From Octopus sinensis (Eukaryota): a stretch of 64,000 nt of DNA. The translations under genes were made by a program, and so were the position numbers. Positions 1 through 12,794 of this stretch are shown here, piece after piece. The first letter of the stretch is position 1. Each line of letters begins with the position of its first letter. The notes beneath the pieces are model-generated. The model saw only the letters and a list, made by a program, of their open reading frames with translations, was not told where the DNA came from and did not search any database. The stretch is taken from contig NC_042999.1 of NCBI RefSeq assembly GCF_006345805.1, positions 156,922,001-156,986,000 on the forward strand. The letters are read 5' to 3'.

Positions 1-2797
1 CTGTGTGGTAAGTAGCTTGCTTACCAACCACACAGTTCCGGGTTCAGTCCCACTGCATGGCACCTTGGGCAAGTGTCTTCTACTATAGCCTCTGGCCGAC
101 CAAAGCCTTGTGAGTGGATTTGGTAGACAGAAACTGAAAGAAGCCTGTCGTATATATATATATATATGTGTGTATATATATGATGTATATATATATATGA
201 TGTATATATATGTGTGTGTGTGTGTTTGTGTGTCTGTGTTTGTTTCCTCAACATCGCTTGACAACCGATGCTGGTGTGTTTACGTCCCCGTTACTTAGCG
301 GTTCGGCAAAAGAGACCGATAGAATAAGTACTAGGCTTACAAAGAATAAGTCCTGGGGTCGATTTGCTCGACCAAAAGGCGGTGCTCCAGCATGGCCGCA
401 GTCAAATGACTGAAACAAGCAAAAGAGAAAGAGAGAGACTTATGTAATTACAAATGTTCTAGCAGTTAAAGTGACCATATATAGTCTTCTCCATCAACAT
501 ATTTATTTAGCATTAGAAAAGACATGATGGTACAAAATGCTTGACCAGGGTTTGAGAGGTACAGGTTGTGATTCTCTGAAGTGTCTTGCTGGCCACTTTT
601 TTAAATTCATTTTTTAAGGGTATTTAGCTGATCTTCTAAGTTGTTTCCACAGCTTTCAAGATTACTTCAGATGAAAGAGCTCTATGAGAAGAATCTAATA
701 GGGAAAAATCTTGCAAAAAATTATAAGCTATAAAAAATGTTGTGATAAAAAAAGGCAATCATTTTAAGAAATCAAAATATTTTTCTCTTTTTAAGAGGAA
801 AATACTATTTGAATCCCAATAAAAGAGTTCATCAAGATGAATATTTTAGAGACAATCCTGTCTAAAAGCATTAAAAATTTATGATTCTTTGTGATGTTAT
901 ATTAGTTTTTATTATTCTGTTTACATATTAATTATTAATTATTTAATTAGAATATAACATTAATTAAAAATAAAAACTGTTTAAAGGTATATTTATTTGT
1001 AACAGATATGCTGCAGTTAATCCTTTGTTACTTTCAGGTGCTTTCAACAATATTTGTATTTAAAAAAATATTGAGAAGAGTATCATTTTTTTTCAATTAT
1101 AACGGTAACTCTCTTTACTCTCTTTTATTTGTTTCAGTCATTTGACTGCGGCCATGCTGGAGCACTGCCTTTAATCGAGCAACTCGACCCCGGGACTTAT
1201 TCTTTGGAAGCTCAGTACTTATTCTATCGGTCTCTTTTGCTGAACCGCTAAGTGACGGGGACATAAACACACCAGCATCGGTTGTCAAGCAATGCTAGGG
1301 GGACAAACACAGACACACAAACATACATGCACACATATATATATACATATATACGACGGGCTTCTTTCAGTTTCCATCTACCAAATCCACTCACAAGGCT
1401 TTGGTCGGCCTGAGGCTATAGTAGAAGACACTTGCCCAAGATGCCACGCAGTGGGACTGAACCCGGAACCATGTGGTTGGTAAGCAAGTAACTTACCACA
1501 CAGCCACTCCTGCGTCTATGTATAATTAATTATAATAATAGAATCATTGCCTGGACAAAAGTAGACTAGAATGAAAAATGTGAGTGCAGAATCCTAGAAT
1601 ATACCTAAATTTTGAACTGGGAAGTACAGAACAAGCAATAATTAAGCTTTGAAAAGTGCAGGACAAGAAGGAAAAAACATTAAAATTTTGCTACTAAAGT
1701 TAAACTTTAAAAACTAAAATAGTAATAAATGTCATTTTATATTTTTATTTTTACTTAAAAGTTTAATTTAAAATACTCAAGAAACTATTTATTTTCAATT
1801 TTAGTGAAAAGACTAATTGCTTGCAAGTTTACACATTAAAAAATTGATATCAGAAATTTATACATTTAAAAAATCACATTATTGCAATTTAAGTAAAATT
1901 GACAGCTATAAACCCTAGGTTTTTAAAAAAAATAGTTAGGGAGTCATTTCTACATTTTGCACTCAATTTGATCATTAGCCTTCATTTTTTAAAAATATTT
2001 TTCTAACTGTAAAAAGAAAATACGTTGTAATGTACTTCAAAGAGAAATTAATTCTTTTGTTTTCTCCTATTTTGTACTCTTGAATTACGTGTATTCAATA
2101 TGTGATTAAAAATTTTTGGATAGTTTTTTAAGAAAATAAAATGAAATTGAAAAAAATAATTTATATATATTTAGAAGAGAGATTCTGTCTGTTTGTTTGT
2201 TTGTCCAGCAAAATGAAAGTACTTGGTTCAGGGGAAGCTAAGAATGACTAAATTATCTATCTAAATGAACTGATTTATATGATTACCATTACTGTATTGA
2301 TAAATAAAATAGCACATACAACTTATTTATTATTGCCATATAATCAACAAATAGAAGTTTGTGTATGAAATCCATGCACCTCCTTTACAGCAAGACACCT
2401 GTTTCTGTTCCACCATAACCTTCATCATTTGATACGAGATCACCTTCTCCAATGTCCACTCCCTTCTCAAAGGATTTTTGTCTTGCAAGTTACTTGGTGA
2501 CCCCTGCCAGTGCTGATCCAGTCTACACTGTAAAGTGGTTTGCATTTGGAAAGGCATCCAGCTGTAAAAGCCATGCCAAAACTGACCTTGCCTGTGCTGG
2601 TGCCATGTAAAAAGCACTTAGTCCACTCTGTTTGGTGGTTGATATTACAAAAGGCATCTAGCCCTAAAATCCCTGAAAAACAGACACAGAAGTCTGATAC
2701 AGGCTCCTGCCAGGCCAGCTCTTATCAAACCATCAAACCCATGCCATCATGGAAGGTGGATGTTAGATGATTATGATGATGAGGTATGTATGACATG

Positions 2798-3210
2798 GGC
2801 GAGCTGGCAGAAACGTTAGCATGCCGGGTGAAATGCTTGGCGGTATTTCGTCTGCCACTACGTTCTGAGTTCAAATTCCGCCAAGGTCAACTTTGCCTTT
2901 CATCCTTTCGGGGTCGATTAAATAAGTATCAGTTATGCACTGGGGTCGATATTATCGACTTAATCTGTTTGTCTGTCCTTGTTTGTCCTCTCTGTGTTTA
3001 GCCCCTTGTGGGTAGTAAAGAAATAGGTATTTCGTCTGCAATTACGTTCTGAGTTCAAATTCCGCCGAGGTTGACTTTGCCTTTCATCCTTTTGGGGTCG
3101 ATTAAATAAGTACCAGTTACGCACTGGGGTCGATATGATCGACTTAATCTCTTTGTCTGTCCTTGTTTGTCCTCTCTGTGTTTAGCCCCTTGTGGGTAGT
3201 AAAGAAATAG
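2798..3210 (+). mobile_element. tRNA-derived SINE family B, partial tandem dimer. Other copies 25248-25464(-), 37172-37395(+), 45919-46290(+, dimer), 49539-49772(+), 57941-58172(+), 61524-61755(+)
   Basis: ggcgagctggcagaaacgttagc...gagttcaaattcc (B box)...gcctttcatcctttcggggtcgat. TSD aggtatgtatg(a/g)catggg at 2782 and 3209. Confidence 0.9.
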
Positions 3211-3913
3211 GTATGTATGGCATGGGGAATGAAAAGTAGAGTTCTGTACTAGTGAACATCACAAAGGAGTGGTAGGAAAAGGGTAAGAGTTGGTGCATTG
3301 GTGTCCGTAGTTACACAGAGTGGAAGCAATGTACAACAAACAGTAGAAATCCACTACCATCCTTAGTTACATGAAAAACAAGGATAGAAAAAATTTAGCA
3401 AAGGAGGGGTGATTGAGAGATTAATTAAAGGGGCATTATCCCAGAGAGCAAGTGAGAAAAAGATATTAATGAATGGAACATGATTAACAGTGCTATGGGT
3501 TATATACAAATGTGTGAGTGATTCAAGGGACAAAATATAAATATAAAAATCAAAAAGGACAATGGTGCTCACACACATGCGCACGTGCATACACAGATAC
3601 ATATATATGAGATAAATATTTGAAAATTCCTTTCAGCAATGAAGGAGAGGTGTTGGGAAAATATGTAAGATATTGTATTAACTTACAAGGGTCTTTTTTA
3701 TTGATCCTATTATATTTCAGGTAATAACACATTTTTCTCATTCTGATTTTTCTCTCTTTTATTTGATAAGAGGATAGGATCATTAAACAACCAATGAAAG
3801 ATGATAATATATATTTTCGTTTTGTTTATTGACTTCACCTTACATATTTTGCCAAGTTTCTCAGCTGCAATGCTCAAAGGTTTTGCAAACATTTATCTCA
3901 CACATATTGCAAT

Positions 3914-3966
<53 letters not shown>

Positions 3967-4180
3967 TGTGTGCATGTAGCCCCTCATTGTCATACATGAA
4001 CACATTAAGCTAGTAGTTTGATATTTCTTGCCTATGCTTACCTTTAGACCAAAGCCTTGTGAGTGGATTTGATAGATGGAAACTGAAAGAAGCCCGTCGT
4101 ATACATTTATACATAAGACTTACCACGTTATCTGGTGTATAGCCGCTGTTCAAATACCTACAAAACCTAAAATAAATGTT

Positions 4181-4211
<31 letters not shown>

Positions 4212-4499
4212 TGTGTGTGTGCGTGTGTGTGTGTTCGTGTGTTTGTGCATGTATGGGTGTGTTTACATGCATGCTTGTATGCATGTGTGTACCTGTGTAT
4301 ATACATATATGTCTGCCAATATAATCTGTGCATTCAACATTTATCTGAAATGATTTCTCATAACAATTACTGCAGCTTACAACATTTAAAGCAAAACAAC
4401 CAAGTTAAGTTTGATGTGTAAATTAATTTTTGTTATAAAGTCTGCCTCCTTTGCAAATATCTAATTTATACACACCTCACCAGTTTTTTGCAACATCAT

Positions 4500-4907
4500 T
4501 GACTGTTTAAGTAATTGTTGAAGATTTTCTACAACTTCACCAGCCCCAATTTCTTACCTCTTAATTCCCTCAATTTGTAATCCCATGGATAACTGTGTGG
4601 GGTGCAGGTGAAAAAGACACAACTCGCTCTGCCTGCAAGACCAAGGCTGAACTGGGGGGGGGGGGCCTTGATCAAGGAAGTGTTTGAAGATCTTCCCAGA
4701 ATCACTTTGAGGAGTGAATGTGTCTGATTGCAGAGCTGTCTTGAGGCCATGGTGGAAGTTGAGGATGGTTACTTTGAGCAAACTGTTATTTCCCAGCCAT
4801 AAATTAGTTGATATTTTTTGACTTTTTAAAAAAGTTTAGTTTTGAATGGCATACTGTGGTTTCTTTTCCTTCTATGCAAACTGTTAAATTTACCATGGAA
4901 ACCTTGT
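4500..4907 (+). mobile_element. Tc1/mariner transposase C-terminal remnant
   Basis: Frameshifted NPMDNCVWG...KTKAEL...LIKEVFEDLP...LEAMVEVEDGYFE. Confidence 0.65.
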
Positions 4908-4954
4908 GTGTATGTGAGTGTGTGTGTATGTGTGTGTGTATTTAAGTGAGTTTG

Positions 4955-5463
4955 TAGTCATCAGTTAAGGTGAGACAGTGTCACGTGACAACTTGCTGGG
5001 ACTGCCTGCTGGAGCCTATGCGGCAGGTATTTAAAGGGAAAAATTTGACAAGACAGTCAGTCACCGGCTGACACTCACTGACGATACATCGAAGAGGCCA
5101 AGGAACAGAAGAAAGAAGACATGCACCCAACACCAGAGCTGAAGACACCTCCGAAAGGGGGGCCCCGCCACGTCAAAACGGTAGAGGAGTAGGGGCCAAA
5201 ACCGGACGTGGTTCCTCCTGATGATGTCTTGAGCTAACTGAATCCTATAAAGGAGCTGTTGTGGTAGCAGACCACGAAACACGATTGTAATTCCTCCATC
5301 CAAGCGGATACCGTGTTAGCTCTCTGTTTGGTTCCAGATGCCTGCTAGCCACAATGGTCAGTATCCAATGTCAGTGTCTACAATGAATTGTTAGTCACTG
5401 TTAAATTCTCCCATTGGGTAATTCCGAGTGTCCTACTCAGGACTGTAAAGGTTCCTTAGAGTG

Positions 5464-5464
<1 letters not shown>
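4955..5464. mobile_element. GC-richer non-coding block, possible solo LTR or other repeat
   Basis: Abrupt GC rise and TATA-like tatttaaag near 5028. No TG...CA ends or TSD resolved. Confidence 0.25.

Positions 5465-5519
<55 letters not shown>
5465..5519. repeat. (TAA)n microsatellite, target of Dong-like elements
   Basis: Perfect TAA run directly abutting the element. Confidence 0.97.
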
Positions 5520-6274
5520 GAGAGGAGCGCCAGCCTTGACAGCGGCTGGACATATTCCTCGCTGCTCTGACAATTCAGTAGCCGAAAGTCATAGAAACAC
5601 TAATATGACCCAGTTTAGCAACGGGGAAAAATAACTCTCAAAGACTGGAACATCTACAATATCTTGTGAGTATTTAAAATTCTCTTCAAAATAAGTTAAG
5701 AAATCTACAAATTTACATATCTACAGTTTTCAAACATACAATCGATTAGCTTTAAAAACTTTAATACCCACAATTGCCTCTGTAAACATCCTTTTTTTTT
5801 CTTCTCTCTAAAAACATCACGCTTTTCTTTGTGTGGACTTACAAAAGACTATTTTAAAACCTTAAAACTTTCTATGAAAATCTGATTTTTCTTTGCTTCC
5901 TCCCTGAATATTCAAATATATATGTAAACATATACTTTTTATTGCAAAAACACACCTGTTCTTCTAACTGGACATACAAACATCTCTAGAAAAGTCAACT
6001 TCAACCTTTACAATATTACCTTACTCGAAATATGCAAACACTTTTTATTGCAATAACACAAACGCACATGGAAAAAAAATAATGATGCTAACTAACTATA
6101 GATGCTCTCTGGTCGAACACAACTTCTCTATTCACAAATAATACAGAACAGCTCTTCCTTAATTTTTCTTAAGGTTAAGGTCACTGTTCGCCGCCAGTAG
6201 TAGTAGACATTTGAACCTTTTTTTGACCGATAGGACCCCACCTAAGAAAAAAAAAAAATTACATGAGCCACACT

Positions 6275-6570
6275 TACCACTACTACTACTACTACTGCTA
6301 CAGGTACTGCTGCTGCTGTAGCTACTACTGCTACTACTACTGCTGCTACTGCTGCTGCTGCTACTACTACGACCACTACTACTGCTGCTGTTGCTGCTAC
6401 TACTGCTGCTGCTACCACTGCTGCTGCTGTCACTACTACTACTAGTACTACCACTGCTGCTGCTGAAGCTGTTGCTGCGGCCATTACTATTGCTACTACC
6501 ACTACCGCTCCAACTGCTGACAATGATATTGCTGCTGCTACAACTACTGGGGCCGCTGCAGCTGCTAATG
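6275..6570. repeat. Mixed (CTA/CTG)n trinucleotide tract in the putative Dong 5' UTR
   Basis: ctactactgctgctg... low-complexity run. Confidence 0.9.
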
Positions 6571-6881
6571 ATGATAAATGAGGCCCCTATATGAAAATTA
6601 GTGGTTAAGTCTTTTATTTAATTTTTTTTAATCTTTTTTTTTATTTAATTTTTTTTTTTAAATGAAAACTTAATAATAATTTAACTTTACTTGAAAAGAA
6701 AATTTCTAACAGTACACCGAATCGCTTGTCCAATGGTTATAAAGGAAGCGCACCCCTAAGGAGGCTGCCAGCCTGATGGTGAAAAATTTTCAAATGGCAG
6801 AATATCTTCCCCGGATACGAACCTGGAAGGTCACTTAAACGGGATTTGTCCCAAATTAAGCCCCCAAAGTTCACCACCACA

Positions 6882-9800
6882 ATGACCAGAAAATCAAAAA
6901 AGTAAAAGAACTAAATGGAACCTGGAAGAATATAAAGAAGTAATATATGCTTATTACTTTGCATTAAGTAGGCCAACCCAAGAAAAACACACCGCAAACT
7001 CCTACAGAATTTGGAGGAGCCAGAATCCAGCTAGCTGACCAAACCTGGATGAAAACTGATTAGCAAATGTTAGAAGAGATATCTTCAGAAATACCAGACT
7101 CACAGATGCAGAATTAACCTCTATTAAAAAAGTGGTAGAGAATGACCTAAATGTAAGTCAGGAAAGAAATAACGAAGCTGAGGAGAGGAATGTTGGGCCA
7201 CAAGCATTGACTGAAAGGTGACCATCTGCCGAATCGACTCAAGATCCTGAAGAAGAAGGAAAATATGACCCCAGAAAAAACAGCCCGGAAAATGATGTCG
7301 AAACAGAATTTGAAAATCACATGTTTGTTGAACAACACAGAAAATCTATCATTGAAATGAAGCAAGAAGTTCTGAATGAGCTTGCAGTTGTAAGGCATAC
7401 AACTATGAATGATAGGGAACCACTCCATAAACTCTCAAATGCACATCAACATAAAACACAAATAAAAATTGGCAACTGCGTTACACAGGAAATCATACAA
7501 CAACTAAAACCCGATCTTAATAAATTAAATGAAATTATTTACTCTGTCGCTAAGGTAATCGAAAGACGCTGTTTAACACCCAAAAAGCCAACAATACCAA
7601 ATTCGAAAAGAAAATCAAACTGGAGGAGTAGAATTGAAACTGAAATTGAATCATTGCGAAGAGAGATATCAATATTAACTGAGCTAATCTCTGGAAATGA
7701 TGTAAGATCAAGAAAAGGCAGGAAGATTGTGAGAAAATATGGACACTCAACAAGAGAAGAACTAATGTCAGCGTAAGAAACACTTAAACAAAAAGTTCAA
7801 GCAAAAGCTCAGAGAATACGCAGATTTGAGAAAAGAATCAAATTCTACAAACAAAATAAGATGTTTAAATCCAATGCCAAATCATTTTACAGGGAAATAG
7901 GGAAAGAAAAAATAACCATTGAAAATCCACCCCTAATGGAAGAAGTTGGAAACTTCTGGAAGGGGATCTGGAGTGATGAGAAACCATACAATGAAAATGC
8001 AGAGTGGATCAAACGTACCCAAGATAACTACAAAAATCTACAAGAACAGGTATGGGAAGACATCTCAATCGCCGACCTAAGGAGAGCACTAACAAAGGCT
8101 CATAAGTGGAAATCCCCTGGTATTGATAGAGTACCAAATTTCTGGCTCTCATCACTCTCGTCCGCACACAAAATGTTAGTAATACTATTTAATAGTATTA
8201 TGAAAGACCCGAAAAAACACCACATTGGATGGCAAATGGTATTACTTACCTCCTCCCCAAAAATAACTAAACGAAAGACCCAAAAAACTATCGGCCTATA
8301 ACATGTTTATCTACTACCTATAAGATCTTGACATCTATTCTAGTAGAGAAAACATATACATTTATGGAAGAGAATAACCTCTTTCCCACTGAACAAAAAG
8401 GATGCAGACGAGGCTCATACGGATGCAAAGATCAGCTCCTAATTAATCGCATGATCCTTGAGAACTGCCATAACAAGCGCAGAAATCTCAGCTCTTCATG
8501 GATTGATTATAAAAAAGCCTTTGACAGCATACTACATTCGTGGATTCTGAAATCGCTGGACATTTTCAAAATTTCTCTTGTGATTTCAGATTTTTTGAAG
8601 TATAATATGTCCCTATGGAACACGAAGCTCCAATTATATCATTCTAATGGAGTATTGCACTCAAACAACATTAGCATAAACTGTGGAATTTTCCAAGGTG
8701 ACTCACTTTCACCACTAATATTCTGCATAGCACTAATACCCCTCTCAAGTGAACTGAATAGAACAGGATATGGCTACAAAATTGACAAGAAAATAAGCCA
8801 TCTATTTTATATGGATGACTTAAAGCTATATGGCAAAGATGATGAAGAGCTTGAAGGATTATTACATACAGTGAAAGGATTCAGTGATGATATCAGGATG
8901 GAGTTTGGCCTTGAAAAGTGTGCCAAAGCCACTTTTAAGAAAGGGAAATTGGTAAAATCTAGTTCAATCGAATTAGATGTCGAAACAGTAATAAAGGAAC
9001 TTGAGCAGGAACAAACCTATAAATACCTAGGAATAAATGAAGGCTCTGGTATCCAGCATGCAAGCATGAAAAAGAAGGTTAGGAAAGAATGTTATAGAAG
9101 AGTCCGAGCAGTCCTGAAGTCTGAGCTGAATGCATATAATAAGGTTTTAGCCATAAATTCCTTGGCAGTACCAGTTGTTCTCTATAGCTTCAATGTGCTT
9201 AACTGGAATACTAGTGAAATAATGAAAATTGACAGGAAAATCTGCAAGCTACTGACTAGTAATAAGATGCACCATCCAAGGCAGACGTGGATTGCCTTTA
9301 CCTTCCCAGAGGTCAGGGAGGTCGAGGTTTGATCCAACTTGAACTTACATACAAAACCACCACAATCAGACTGGCCAAATACCTTGAAGCAACCAACGAT
9401 TGGATGCTAAAACTTGTTGAAAAACATGAAAGACCTAAAAAACTTCACTCTATTCTCAAAGAGAGCAAAAAATTCGCTGCTGATCTCTTAGATACCCACC
9501 AGATTGAGCAGGCTGAAGGAAATACGCCAACTGCAGCTGCAAAGAAAATAAAATTAATTGCAAAGACAAAAGCACGTGAAAATTTAGCTAGCAGATGGGA
9601 ACAGAAACCTCTCCATGGCAAGTATGTGGCCCGTAGCAAACAAGCTGATGTCGACCAGAAACACACGCACCAATGGTTACGAAGTTCAGGGCTAAAAGCA
9701 GAGAGTGAAGATTTCATATTAGCTGCTCAAGACCAAAGCTTATTTACCTGGAACTACCAAGCCAATGTGATGAAAAATGGAGCTGACCCAAAATGCCGAT

Positions 9801-10360
9801 TCTGTAACGATGAGATTGAAACAATAGACCACCTAATCTCAGGGTGTAGAGTCTTAGCACCTGTAGAATATAAAGCAACACATGACAGAGTCGGCCAGTA
9901 TTTATTCTGGACAATATGTCGGTATTATAAAATCAAAACCACTGACAAATGGTATAAACATCATTCTGAAGCTGTGACTGAAGGAGAAAATGTGTTGATT
10001 CTATGGGACTTCCCCGTGCAGACCGACAGGACTATAAAAGCCAATAAACTGGATATCATTATAAAAGATCAGACAAAAAAAGTGTGTTTATTAATTGACA
10101 TGAGTATTCCTTGCGATCACAATATAGCGGCGAAAGAATTTGACAAGATTAGTAAATATAAAGACCTGCTAATGGAAATTGAAAAAATGTGGCATCTCAA
10201 GGCGACTACAGTACCAGTGATTGTAGGATCTCTAGGAATGATAAAAAAAGGTACTGAAACCTATTTGAAAATGATACCAGGCTTACCATCCCTACAGGAA
10301 GTGCAAAAAATCATATTAACTGGAACGGCTCATGTACTGAGAAGAGCACTATCGCTGTGA
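6882..10360 (+). pseudogene. Disrupted single ORF of the R4/Dong element
   Basis: Myb-like N-terminus (RTKWNLEEYKEVIYAYY) with in-frame TGA stops, a TAA stop at 7774, and frameshifts near 8220 and 9280 joining ORFs 7321, 7861, 8328 and 9287. Endonuclease PD changed to LD. Confidence 0.85.
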
Positions 10361-10560
10361 AAATAACATCCATCCATGAATTTATTTATTATTAATTTTT
10401 AAATACATACTTTATCTGTGAATTTGCACATGTAATCTGGGAATACATACAATGCCCTTCTCTGCCCTAGGTGTATGGAAAACACTCGGCGAGAATGGAA
10501 GAAAATTTGAAGAAAGAAGGAAAAAACATAATAATAATAAAACTAAACTAAAACTAAAAC

Positions 10561-10903
10561 AATACCTGTTGTCATAGGTGCCCTGGGAATGATAGCGAAA
10601 GGGGCTGATTGCTACCTAACTCAGATACCAGGAAACCCCAAAATGGCAGAAATTCAAAAGATAGTGCTCATGGGAACTGCTCATATCCTATGCAAAATAC
10701 TTTCTATGTAATCTCAGGGTTTAAAACAAATATAATTTTGGGTTTTTTTTTTTTTTACATTCACTAGTACAACACCAAAAAAAAAAAAACCCAAATATAT
10801 GGCACACTAGGCATAACAACAACATGAAATTCCAACCTGTTGTCTCTTGAGGTCTCTGGGTGAGACTTGGAGCCAACTTGTAAAAATATAAATTCAAACA
10901 TAG
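10561..10903 (+). mobile_element. 5'-truncated 3' end of a second Dong/R4 family
   Basis: IPVVIGALGMIAKGADCYLTQIPGNPKMAEIQKIVLMGTAHILCKILSM* is homologous to the C-terminus of the upstream element (VPVIVGSLGMIKKG...IPG...QKIILTGTAHVLRRALSL*). Followed by (TAA)n. Confidence 0.88.
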
Positions 10904-10927
10904 AATAATAATAATAATAATAATAAT

Positions 10928-11482
10928 TGCCCTGATGCAATACCAGGCAGTGGCTCTCATGCTTTCTGATCTTAACTGATTGGAAGTGTTATCATGTACA
11001 TTGTTTTGTCTTGGCATAAAAGATGGGCTACAGCAAATATTCTGCTCAAAACCACAGATTTGCTGGTCAGTTGCTTGACCTTAACAGAGTTGAGCATGTC
11101 CCTTAGCGGTTGATGATATGTGCATCTCTGATAACAAGCAGAAATAGTGAGGGAGCATCATAGCCATGTGTTGAGAGGGATTCTTTGGGGTTTGAATAAT
11201 TCACCTCTGGAAACATGGGTGTTTCGTTCAACGTCCTTAAACAACCCTTATTCAGGGACCTTTTGAGCGGGATAGGCTACTCGACCAGAAGAAATTCTAA
11301 CTGGGCCTCACCTGCAAGGTGATGTGCTGTTTATCTTGATATGAAATCACCATGTCGCGCACATATGGTTGTGATGCATGTGCCTGGTGTACCCTTATCA
11401 GATGGGTAGTCATGATGGGTATACTGGGCTTCGTATATTTTACCCCAATGTCCCTTTGATGGCATGCACTGCTCTCTCACTC
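10928..11482. mobile_element. Non-coding interspersed element bounded by (TAA)n on both sides
   Basis: Higher-GC block between TAA runs at 10904-10927 and 11483-11499. No recognisable ORF. Confidence 0.55.
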
Positions 11483-11504
11483 AATAATAATAATAATAAC
11501 AACA

Positions 11505-12790
11505 TGGAATAAGGAGACGTGTACATCTACTATTTATATTTTACAGTTATATACAGCACATTACAATGGCCAACACATGTTTCCAATGCTGTGACTGCAC
11601 ATTGTTGCTGCTGTAGCTTTGCAATATTGTCAGTACAGTTTCATCAGAGTCCGTCCATTTGGTCTTTTTTGATGTAAGCTGATTGAAAGTTTTCGTTAGT
11701 TAGTATTCCATAGAAGGTAGGGGTATTGCTATATATAGTTACAAGAACCTGACTGAAAGCTTACCTCTGTTGTTGACGGAGGTTGGAGCTTGGTCTTAAA
11801 ATAGGTCAAGGTTGGGGTTGTTGTTTTTGTAATGCTCTTAGTATGTCTTAAAAGTTGTGTGTGCTACCTTTTGTTCAGATTGCAGTGTTTACCTAGAAGT
11901 ATTTTTGTTTGTTTAAATTAAATTTGGGGGGATTGCTCCCTACTTTATTAGTATTATGTATTGTGTAATGTATTCATCTATATTGTTTAAAAGTCTATTT
12001 GCACGTGTATAGACAATTCAGCGATTGTTCTTGTCTGATGTTTATTAATGTGTATCTTGAAGTAAACATTTGGTAAAGCTCCTCTACATAGAGGTCACAT
12101 CCCTTTCCTCCTATTCTATACAGCTTAGCAGTACTAATTAGTTCCCAATTGCTCAAATAGCTCTTTCTTTTGTCTTTAAATGATCAAATTAGTTTACTTA
12201 GGCTTGTACTATTTATTTTTTCCCCTATCCCTAAACAAATTCAGGTGATTAGTGAGTCTTCAGTTGAAAAAAATGAGAGCTATCACCAATTTAAAAGTAT
12301 TCCCAACCCTCCGAGATAGCTTTAAATCTGTAGACACTGTTCCTGGTTTTACATTTAGAATCTAATGGACAGATTTTATTTCTTGTACAGTTGCAAAATC
12401 CAGTTTGTCTATTTCTATTAATTATTGCATTGTTGACTTCTCTAGGGAGCTGTTCTAAATCTTTTTCCCTAATTTCCATATTATTTCCAATGCCCCTACT
12501 GATGTTCATTTTTTTACTGTTCTTTCTAGCGGTTCAACTTCCGCTTTCAATGCCCATGAGAGAGTTTGTTAGGATTGTTTCCCTTTGCCTGGTCTACTGC
12601 TAATATTCCTCTCTGGCTTGGTGTGATCAATTACAGTCTCATAATCTATGTCACTACTGTTACGATTTATTGTTACCTTATTATTTGTATTCTGATTACT
12701 AAGATCTTGGAAGTTGCATAGTTTACTTGCATTATGAGTGGCTATTATTTATGTGAGATTACAGCTATTGAAAATGATAGTCTAATGTTA
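11505..12790 (-). mobile_element. Penelope-like element 3' part (degenerate GIY-YIG endonuclease plus 3' region)
   Basis: Minus-strand remnants FCNCTRNKICPLDSKCKTRNSVYRF, NHLNLFRDRGKINSTSLSKLI, WELISTAKLYRIGGKGCDL. Confidence 0.8.
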
Positions 12791-12794
12791 TGTT

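Larger units (their letters stand above)
5520..10528 (+). mobile_element. Near full-length R4/Dong-clade non-LTR retrotransposon (RT plus restriction-like endonuclease) inserted in (TAA)n
   Basis: Flanked by (TAA)n at 5465-5519 and 10529-10540. RT motifs WIDYKKAFDS, QGDSLSP, LFYMDDLKLY. CCHC finger CRFC...HLISGC. RLE motifs HD...K(L)DII...LIDMSIP...KISKY. The 5' boundary is inferred from the TAA tract. Confidence 0.88.

Noticed and set aside
1292-1483. Recurrent ORF family ...YQIHSQGFGRPEAIVEDTCPRCHAVGLNPEPCGW
   Set aside because: Antisense translation of SINE family A, repeated wherever the SINE occurs.
5135-5290. CTGAAGA...GAAA and CTGATGA...GAAA hammerhead-like words
   Set aside because: Stems I and III cannot be formed; the first GAAA is simply a tetraloop of a cctcc/ggggg hairpin.
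6242-6594. Cys/Tyr-rich, poly-Leu and Ala/Val ORFs
   Set aside because: Translations of a (CTA/CTG)n tract; no coding evidence.
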